Of a stretch of 64,000 nt of DNA, positions 57,253 through 64,000 are shown one piece after another. The notes beneath the pieces were generated by a model. It had not been told where the DNA came from and did not search any database. It was given only the letters and a program-made list of their open reading frames with translations. The position numbers were made by a program, and so were the translations under genes. Position 1 is the first letter of the stretch; each line of letters begins with the position of its first letter. This DNA is from Thermoplasmata archaeon (GTDB lineage: Archaea; Thermoplasmatota; Thermoplasmata; Lutacidiplasmatales; UBA184), in the NCBI GenBank assembly GCA_027314165.1, contig DAHVCH010000004.1, positions 2,770 to 66,769 of the forward strand, given 5' to 3'.

Positions 57253-59125
57253 GCTCGTCGACCTCTTCGAACGGATCTCGGCGACGACCAAGCGGCTGGA
57301 GATCCGTGCGCTCCTGGCCGAGCACCTGAGGGGGGTCTCGGAAGAGGACATCGCCCCGATGGTCTACTTGCTCCAGGGCCAGCTGCGCCCCGAATACGAG
57401 GGCGTGGAGCTCGGTGTCGCCGACTCTCTCGCCCGGAGGGCGCTGGCCACCGCGACCGGTCTCCCCGAGGTGCAGGTGCGGGCGGAAGCCTCCCGCTCCG
57501 GCGACCTGGGGACGACGGCCGAGTCGTTGCTGAAGACGCATGCCCGCGGGAGCGGGGAGACGGGGCTGACCTTGGCCGAGGTCTACCAGAAGCTGACCGA
57601 GATCGCTCGCGCCTCGGGAGAAGGGTCGCAGGAGGCGAAGATCGACCTGTTGGTCCGCCTCCTCTCCAGGACCGGACCGACCGAGGCGAAGTACCTGGTG
57701 CGCTTCACCTTGGGAAAGCTCCGATTGGGCGTCAAGGAGATGACCGTCCTCGACGCGCTCGCCGAGATCTACGGGGAGGGGGAGCCGAAGAAGGCCCGGG
57801 GGACGATCGAGAACGCGTTCAACGTGACCTCCGACCTGGGAGAGGTGGCCTCCACCCTCGCGAGGAAGGGCCGCCTCGACTCGCTGCTCTCGCTCCGCGC
57901 CCGTGTCGGCAAGCCCATCCGCCCGATGCTGGGAGAACGGGAGGCGACGCTCAAGGACGTGCTCGAGCGGATGGAAGGGCGGACCGCCCTGGAGTACAAG
58001 TACGACGGGCTTCGCCTCCAGGCCCACGTTCCGGAGAAGGACGGAGAGGCGGTCCAGCTCTTTTCCCGGCGCCTCGAGAACGTGAGCAGCCAGTTCCCCG
58101 AGATCGTGCGCGACCTTCCGAAGGCCCTCCGACGTCGGCCCGCCATCGTCGAGGGCGAGTGCGTCCCGGTCGATCCGACGACCGGGGAGCTGCGCCCCTT
58201 CCAGGAGATCTCCCGGCGGCGGGGCCGGAAGTACGACCTGGAGAAGTTCGAGGAAGAGGTCCCGGTCCGGTTCGTCCTCTTCGATGTTCTTCTGGAGGGG
58301 GAGGAAGAGGTCCTCGCCCTACCCTACCCGGAACGCCGCGAGAGGCTCGAGAAGCTCGTGAAGGTGGGGGACCGGATCGCCCTCTCCACGCGGATCGTCG
58401 TCGACAACGTCCCCGATGCGGAGCGCTTCTTCCAGCAGGCCCTGACCGACGGTTGCGAAGGCGTGATGGCGAAGTCCCTGGCCTCCGGCTCGACCTACCG
58501 GGCGGGGGCCCGCGGTTTCTGGTGGATCAAGTATAAGCGGGAGTACACCCACGAGCTCGCCGACACCCTCGACACGGTCATCGTCGGGGCCTTCTGGGGG
58601 CGAGGGAAGCGAGCCGGGAGGTATGGGGCGCTCCTGGTCTCGGTCTACGACCCCGAGGAGGAAAGCTTCCCCACCGTCTGCAAGGTGGGGACGGGGTTCG
58701 ATGACGCGACCCTCGAGAGGCTCACGAAGGAGCTCGGGCCGAAGCAGGCGAAGGAGAAGCCCGAGGGAGTGGACTCCACCCTCATCCCCGACGTGTGGAT
58801 CGAGCCCTCGATGGTGCTGGAGCTTCGCGGGGCGGAGCTGACGCTCTCCCCGATCCACCGCGCGGCGCTCGGGAAGATCCGCGAGGGGTATGGGCTCGCG
58901 CTCCGGTTCCCGCGCTTCACCGGCCGGGTGCGGGAGGACAAGGACCCCGAGCGCGCGAGCACCACCGAGGAGGTCGTACGGCTCTACCAGACCCAGGTGC
59001 GTCGCGCCGAGCCCGAGAGCTCCTCCGAGGGGACCGAGGTCGATCCCGAGGCCAAGAGAGGCGCGGAGAAAGGTCCTGCGGCGCGGAAGGTGGGGGAAGA
59101 CCGCCGCGCTCCGGGGCCCTTCTGA
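57239..59125 (+). CDS. lig: ATP-dependent DNA ligase
   Basis: EYKYDG, EGVMAK, WIKYK, LRFPRF. Confidence 0.96.
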   Translation: MRFAELVDLFERISATTKRLEIRALLAEHLRGVSEEDIAPMVYLLQGQLRPEYEGVELGVADSLARRALATATGLPEVQVRAEASRSGDLGTTAESLLKTHARGSGETGLTLAEVYQKLTEIARASGEGSQEAKIDLLVRLLSRTGPTEAKYLVRFTLGKLRLGVKEMTVLDALAEIYGEGEPKKARGTIENAFNVTSDLGEVASTLARKGRLDSLLSLRARVGKPIRPMLGEREATLKDVLERMEGRTALEYKYDGLRLQAHVPEKDGEAVQLFSRRLENVSSQFPEIVRDLPKALRRRPAIVEGECVPVDPTTGELRPFQEISRRRGRKYDLEKFEEEVPVRFVLFDVLLEGEEEVLALPYPERRERLEKLVKVGDRIALSTRIVVDNVPDAERFFQQALTDGCEGVMAKSLASGSTYRAGARGFWWIKYKREYTHELADTLDTVIVGAFWGRGKRAGRYGALLVSVYDPEEESFPTVCKVGTGFDDATLERLTKELGPKQAKEKPEGVDSTLIPDVWIEPSMVLELRGAELTLSPIHRAALGKIREGYGLALRFPRFTGRVREDKDPERASTTEEVVRLYQTQVRRAEPESSSEGTEVDPEAKRGAEKGPAARKVGEDRRAPGPF

Positions 59126-59220
59126 CCCTGACCTCTCGAGAGGCGACCCCCGCTGCGCCTCGAGGGGAAAAGACTTAAAGCGGGTCCCTCGTCCATAACC
59201 TTCGAGGAGCCCCCCCCACC

Positions 59221-59541
59221 ATGCTCGTAGAGATCACCCAACTGGTCGACCGCGACATCTACACCCCCGATGGACGCCACCTTGGCAAGGTCAACAACAT
59301 CGTCCTTGACGTCGAGGGCGGCCGGGCCGACGGGTTGTTCGTCTCCGAGCCCAGCGAGTACCTGGTCGAAGGCTCCCGCAGCGTGAACGTCCCGTTCCGC
59401 TGGGTCTCCGCCGTGAACGACGTGATCCTCCTGAAGTACTTCCCGAAGCGGGTCTCGGCCAAGAAGGCCCCGCCGGCGACCGCCCCGGCCGCCGCCCCCG
59501 CCCCGCCCCGCGCGCCGGTCTTAGAGCGGGCCTCCCGCTGA
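59221..59541 (+). CDS. PRC-barrel domain protein
   Basis: IYTPDGRHLGKVNNIVLD...VPFRWVSAVNDVILL. Confidence 0.85.
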   Translation: MLVEITQLVDRDIYTPDGRHLGKVNNIVLDVEGGRADGLFVSEPSEYLVEGSRSVNVPFRWVSAVNDVILLKYFPKRVSAKKAPPATAPAAAPAPPRAPVLERASR

Positions 59542-59549
59542 AGCCGAGC

Positions 59550-59664
59550 GCGGGGATAGCCAAGCTTGGCAACGGCGCGGAACTTAAAACCGGGAGAGCG
59601 AACCTCTCCCGGGGAAGGTATTCCGTCGCGTAGGCGTTCGCCGGTTCGAATCCGGCTCCCCGCA
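59550..59664 (+). tRNA. tRNA-Leu(TAA) with 31-nt intron at 37/38 (59589-59619)
   Basis: Acceptor GCGGGGA/TCCCCGC + A73, anticodon stem CGGAA/TTCCG, loop CTTAAA[intron]A, variable arm, GCCGG-TTCGAAT-CCGGC. Confidence 0.92.
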
Positions 59665-59741
59665 TGGACGATGTCCCGCGTCCGAGGCGGGTGGCCTCCT
59701 CTTCTTCGACTGCGCCTCGCTCCTCCTCCGGAGAGCCTCGC

Positions 59742-60395
59742 ATGAGCGGAACATCGGGGCGCCATCTGAAGCGCAGCGAGCTCACCCGACGCCTCGCGGA
59801 CCTCGAGGGATTTCCCCGACCGGAGGCACGGTTCGAACAGGTCCCGACACCTCCGGAGGAGGCGAGCGCGCTGCTCTGGGAGGCGCTCTCCCGCGGTGAC
59901 CTTCTCGGACGCCGGGTCCTCGACCTTGGCGCCGGAACGGGGACGTTGGCCATCGGGGCGGCGCTCCTCGGCGCGAGTCGCACGATCGCCGTGGAGAGGG
60001 ACGCGGAGGCCGCCGAGGTCGGGCGGAGGAACTCCACCCTCGCCGGCGTGGAGGTGGACTGGAGGGTGCTGGAGCTGACCGAGGCCTCGGCGGGGAGCCT
60101 CCAGGTCGAGGCGGACACCGTGGTCATGAACCCGCCCTTCGGGGCCCAGAGAAGGCACGCGGACCGTCCGTTCCTGGAGGCCGCAGCGGCCGCGCTGCCC
60201 CGGGCGGGGGGAGGAGCGGTCTACCTGCTCTCCAACGCGGCGTCCCAAGCTTTTATAGAGCGCTGGTCAATCGCTCGGCATCTGACCATCGAAGAGCACC
60301 GAAGGTCCACCTGGCCGCTGCCGCCGACGTTCTCCCATCATCGGGAGGCGCGGGGGAAGGTCGAGGTCGACCGATGGATCTTCCGACGCAGGTAG
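59742..60395 (+). CDS. METTL5-like RNA methyltransferase
   Basis: FEQVPTP, LDLGAGTG, MNPPFG..HAD..FL. Confidence 0.88.
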   Translation: MSGTSGRHLKRSELTRRLADLEGFPRPEARFEQVPTPPEEASALLWEALSRGDLLGRRVLDLGAGTGTLAIGAALLGASRTIAVERDAEAAEVGRRNSTLAGVEVDWRVLELTEASAGSLQVEADTVVMNPPFGAQRRHADRPFLEAAAAALPRAGGGAVYLLSNAASQAFIERWSIARHLTIEEHRRSTWPLPPTFSHHREARGKVEVDRWIFRRR

Positions 60396-60411
60396 AAGGA
60401 AGCGACCAACG

Positions 60412-61197
60412 ATGAGCGAGACATCCGAAGAGCGGCTGGTCCTCCCCGGAGACCTTCTGGGGACCGCCGAAGAATACGTTCCCGGCCGAGGCACCTACGA
60501 GTACAATGGACAGGTGTTCGCCGCCCTCATGGGCCATCCCCACATCGACACGCAGAACAAGAGCGTCTCCATACGCGCCATCCACGAGGTCCCGCACCTG
60601 GTGGAGGGCGACCTCGTCTACGTCCGAGTGGAGGAGATCAAGAGCGCCATGCTGGTCACCCAGGTGCTCACGAGCGCCAGCACCGGCCGGGGCGTCCCCG
60701 GGAACCCCGAAGGGACGGTCCACATCTCCAAGGCCAAGGAGAGCTACGTCGAGGAGCTCTCGAGGGAGTTCGCCATCGGCGACGTCCTGAAGGCCGAGGT
60801 GCTCCAGGGCTACCCCGTGGTGAAGCTCTCCACGCAGGGCCCGCAGCTCGGCGTGGTCTTGGGACGGTGCACGGAATGTCACGGGATCCTCGCTCACGTG
60901 AGCGGCAACCAGCTCGTTTGTTCCCGATGCGGCCGCCGTGAGCAGCGGAAGGTCTCGAGCGAGTACGGGGGCCACAAGGGCGGCTCCTCCGAAAGCGAAG
61001 CCCCCGAGGGAGCGCCCCGGGAGCGCGAACTCCACCGCCGCGAACGCGACGGGGAGGAGGGAGACGGGCGGCACCGTCACCCCCGACGCGAGGGAGGATT
61101 CGACCGGCGCCACGAGCGTGGCGAGGGCGGTCCGAGGGAGCGACCTCCGGCCGAACCGGCGGGAGAGGGTCCCGGACCCTCCGACTTCCCCGGGTGA
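60412..61197 (+). CDS. csl4: Exosome RNA-binding subunit Csl4
   Basis: VLPGD.LG..EE..PG.GTY, S1 domain, C-terminal CxxC..CxxC, RKVS; charged tail. Confidence 0.9.
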   Translation: MSETSEERLVLPGDLLGTAEEYVPGRGTYEYNGQVFAALMGHPHIDTQNKSVSIRAIHEVPHLVEGDLVYVRVEEIKSAMLVTQVLTSASTGRGVPGNPEGTVHISKAKESYVEELSREFAIGDVLKAEVLQGYPVVKLSTQGPQLGVVLGRCTECHGILAHVSGNQLVCSRCGRREQRKVSSEYGGHKGGSSESEAPEGAPRERELHRRERDGEEGDGRHRHPRREGGFDRRHERGEGGPRERPPAEPAGEGPGPSDFPG

Positions 61198-61254
61198 TCC
61201 CCGACCCGCCGCTCGAGCGCTCCGAAGGCGAGCTCACGGTAGGAGGAGGGCTCG

Positions 61255-62487
61255 GTGACGGGCAGTAGCCGGAAGGAGGAGCGGCGCCTGAAGGAGCTCC
61301 TCCAGGCTCACGAGCGTTGGCGGACGCGGGAGTGTCTGAACCTTCTCGCCTCGGAGAACCTCGCTTCGCCCACCGTCCAGAAGTACCTCTCCAGCGACCT
61401 TTCCCGTCGCTACACCCTCCCCCTGGACCAGACGCTCCACGGGGAGAAGGTCGACAACGGCTACGCCGGGACGAGGTTCGCCGACCAGGTGGAGGCCCTC
61501 GCGGCGGCTTCGACCGCCCGGCTCCTCCACGGGCGCTTCGCCTCCGTCCGTCCCCTCTCGGGGCACGTGGCGGCCATGTGCGTGCTCGCTCCCCTTCTTC
61601 CCCCGAAGGCCCGCTACATGGCGGTCCAGCCAGAGGACGGGGGGTACGACGGGTACGCGCCCGGCTACCTCCCCTCCGTCCTGGGGCACAGCGTCCTGCC
61701 CCTGCCGCTCCACGGCCCGCTCCATCAGCTGGACGTGGAGGAGGTGGCCCAGCTCATCCACCGCGACCGCCCTGACGCGGTCGTCCTGGGCCAGAGCTTC
61801 GTCCTCTTCCCCTACCCGCTCAAGGAGGTGGCCAAGGTCGCGCACGAGGTGGGCACCCTGGTCCTCTACGATGCCTCCCACGTGATGGGACTGGTCATGG
61901 GAGGGGAGTTCCAGGACCCCTTGGGCGATGGTGCGGACGTGGTCTTCGGGTCCACTCACAAGACCCTCTTCGGTCCCCAGGGCGGTCTCCTCGCCACCGC
62001 GCGCGAGGACCTCTTCCGCCAGATCGACAACGCCCTCACCTGGAGGCTCATCGACAATGCCCACTGGAACCGCATCGCGGGCCTCGCCCAGGCCCTGCTC
62101 GAGATGGAACGGGTCGGGGCCCCCTATGCTCGGCGGGTGGTCGAGAACTCCCAGGCCCTGGGGAAGGCGCTCGACGAGGAGGAGGTCCCCGTGGTGGGGA
62201 AGGAGGCGGGCTTCACGGCCTCCCACCAGGTCCACCTGGACGGCGCCGAGCTCAAGCGCCGCTACGGGGTCGCGCCTCCGGGGCTCGCCCGGCGGCTCGA
62301 GTCGCAGGACATGATCATCGACCTGGTGGGACGCCTCGGGACCGCCGAAGCCACTCGGCTGGGGCTGAGGCCGAAGGACATGCCTCGGGTCGCCCGGCTC
62401 CTCAAGCAGGCGGGGCTCGACCGGAAGGATGTCCGTAAGGAGATCTCCGCGTTCCGCCACAAGTTCCGAGGGATGGCCTTCACTTAG
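61255..62487 (+). CDS. glyA: Serine hydroxymethyltransferase-family PLP enzyme
   Basis: NLLASEN, YDASHV.GL, STHKTLFGPQGG, RLGT. Confidence 0.82.
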   Translation: MTGSSRKEERRLKELLQAHERWRTRECLNLLASENLASPTVQKYLSSDLSRRYTLPLDQTLHGEKVDNGYAGTRFADQVEALAAASTARLLHGRFASVRPLSGHVAAMCVLAPLLPPKARYMAVQPEDGGYDGYAPGYLPSVLGHSVLPLPLHGPLHQLDVEEVAQLIHRDRPDAVVLGQSFVLFPYPLKEVAKVAHEVGTLVLYDASHVMGLVMGGEFQDPLGDGADVVFGSTHKTLFGPQGGLLATAREDLFRQIDNALTWRLIDNAHWNRIAGLAQALLEMERVGAPYARRVVENSQALGKALDEEEVPVVGKEAGFTASHQVHLDGAELKRRYGVAPPGLARRLESQDMIIDLVGRLGTAEATRLGLRPKDMPRVARLLKQAGLDRKDVRKEISAFRHKFRGMAFT

Positions 62488-62609
62488 GTGGGCTGCCCGC
62501 CACCCGCGCGTCGCCCCCGCTGGCCCTGAGCTCATCGCCCTGGGGGACACACCGACACCCCACCCTACGAGGACCTCGGTCGGGAGCCCCTCCGCCGGGC
62601 CAAGAGGAG

Positions 62610-62685
62610 CCGTAGTAGAGAAGAGGAACAGAAGAAAAGAGGGAAGGAAGGGGTTCGGCCCCCTCGGTCCTGGACCGAGGGGGTC
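62610..62685 (-). terminator. Hairpin plus pyrimidine tract terminator
   Basis: CCCCCTCGGTCC/GGACCGAGGGGG inverted repeat (62659-62683) followed on the minus strand by a C/T tract. Confidence 0.7.
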
Positions 62686-62690
62686 GCGGG

Positions 62691-62792
62691 TCAGAGCCGG
62701 CTACGGCGCTCCGAGTATCCCTCGTGCGCCGTACGCTGGTGGCTCTCCAGACTAGGCCCGTCGCTGAAGCTGGCCTCGCACACCGGGCAGGT
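62691..62792 (-). other. In-frame post-stop extension encoding a C2H2 zinc finger (candidate readthrough)
   Basis: After the TGA at 62793-62795 the frame reads TCPVCEASFSDGPSLESHQRTAHEGYSERRSRL*. Confidence 0.75.
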
Positions 62793-64000
62793 TCACGAAC
62801 GGCCAGCGGACGAGTCCGAAGACCCGCCGCTGCTGCTGTCCATGGAACCGCCCATGTTGTTGTCCCCGCCGCCCATCTTGGGCTTGCGCGCGAGCATCAT
62901 GCCGGTGATGATGCCCACGACGGCCCCAACGATGATCCCGATCTCCAGCAGGATGGTCCCAAGGACGTTGGGCGCCATGCCGCCAGGGCTCGAGTACTGG
63001 GTGGTGGTGTTGTAGTACCAGTTCGTGGTGGTCGTGGTGTTGATCCAGACGGGCTCAGGCACCGTCACCGGCGTCACCGTCGGGATCGGCAGCACGGTGA
63101 AGGTGGCGTTGAAGGCCACCGTCGTCAGCGCGTGCCCGATGCTGGAGGCCGCTCCGTTGGTCGTCTGGATCTCGACCGCGTACTGCGTCGCGACGCTGGG
63201 GGCCGTGTAGAACGTCTCCCAACCGGATCCGATACCGGACGAGCTCCAGACCGAGGTGTTGAACACCTGGCTGCTGGTGGCCACGTCCCAGATCGTGAGG
63301 TAGGCCGCGGCGGAGGCCGGGTCGTTCCACGAGTAGTAGACGGACACGTTCCCGCCCGCGACCGAGGTGGTCGGTCCGACGGTCGCCACCTGGCTGATGA
63401 CATCCGCCACGCAGAAGCTCTGCATGGATGCGTCCATCCAGGTCGCGATCGGTCCGGAGGGCTCGCCCTGGCCGGGGATGGTGCTGTTGTAGACCCCGAT
63501 CTCGATGTTGTAGCAGCCCGCCGGGTAGGACAACGCCGCCAGGTAGTAGCTGGTCTGGGTCGAGGCAAAGTGCGCCGTCTTCGCCGACACGACGGTGCCG
63601 GCGCTGTTCGCGATGTCCAGATCGAGCGAGAGCTGGGCACCGAAGGTCCCCAGTCCGGTGGTCGTCCAGTTCGCCCAGACGTTGTACTGGGGTCCCTGGA
63701 AGGCCTGGCCGTACGCCGGGCTCGTAAAGCTCACGACCGCCGGGACGTAGTTGACGGTGATCGTCGTCGAGGTGAAGACGCCCACCTGCCCGTCGTTCGG
63801 GACAGCCACGTAGCCGGGGACGGACTGCGCGGTCCAGTGGTAGTAGCCAGTGAAGGCTCCCGCGATGTACAGGTCCGCCGTGATTCCCGTCGTACTCGCG
63901 GTCAGGCCGGTCGAGGGGTTCACCACGGAGACGCCCCAGGTGGTGCCCGTAGCGAGACCGGACTCCACGAACTGCAGCGTGTAGGTGAGCATGCCCACCT
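62793..64000 (-). CDS. Large cell-surface (S-layer-like) protein, C-terminal part; 5' end outside window
   Basis: YTLQFVESGLATGTTW repeat-type motif, many N-x-S/T sequons, Thr-rich linker, C-terminal TM, Gly/Ser-rich cytoplasmic tail. Confidence 0.8.
   Translation of the reverse strand, partial: VGMLTYTLQFVESGLATGTTWGVSVVNPSTGLTASTTGITADLYIAGAFTGYYHWTAQSVPGYVAVPNDGQVGVFTSTTITVNYVPAVVSFTSPAYGQAFQGPQYNVWANWTTTGLGTFGAQLSLDLDIANSAGTVVSAKTAHFASTQTSYYLAALSYPAGCYNIEIGVYNSTIPGQGEPSGPIATWMDASMQSFCVADVISQVATVGPTTSVAGGNVSVYYSWNDPASAAAYLTIWDVATSSQVFNTSVWSSSGIGSGWETFYTAPSVATQYAVEIQTTNGAASSIGHALTTVAFNATFTVLPIPTVTPVTVPEPVWINTTTTTNWYYNTTTQYSSPGGMAPNVLGTILLEIGIIVGAVVGIITGMMLARKPKMGGGDNNMGGSMDSSSGGSSDSSAGRS

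Noticed and set aside
1-64000. Many long Arg/Pro/Gly-rich ORFs (e.g. 5077-7146, 24047-27034, 54061-56076)
   Set aside because: Shadow frames of real genes in high-GC DNA, with no motifs
1-64000. Genome-wide UGA reassignment
   Set aside because: Conserved genes (eno, srp54, pth2, lig) end at TGA at expected lengths, several in ATGA/GTGA overlaps

Overview
High-GC archaeal chromosomal segment. TFB, PurP, Csl4, SRP54, Pth2, archaeal PheRS, S53 proteases and cupredoxins suggest Thermoplasmatota, probably an acidophilic lineage (inference). Core genes: purP, tfb, mcm-mce-eno-rps2, pheST, srp54, pth2, a peptide ABC transporter, rpe-lig-PRC barrel, METTL5-csl4-glyA. Two intron-containing tRNAs are absent from the ORF track: tRNA-Ser(GGA) with a T-loop intron and tRNA-Leu(TAA). 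An accessory signalling region (~5.4-16.9 kb) carries a wHTH-STAND-TPR regulator, a DUF835-like protein, Lrp plus a pseudo-receiver and a transposase relic. A cupredoxin/DoxX/CuA module lies between the parts of the peptide transporter. The most striking observation is at the window end: a surface-protein gene stops at TGA, but the same frame continues into a consensus C2H2 zinc finger that overlaps an RNA stem-loop and is followed by the terminator. This is a candidate for programmed stop-codon readthrough. All calls come from reading motifs by eye; no database searches were run.
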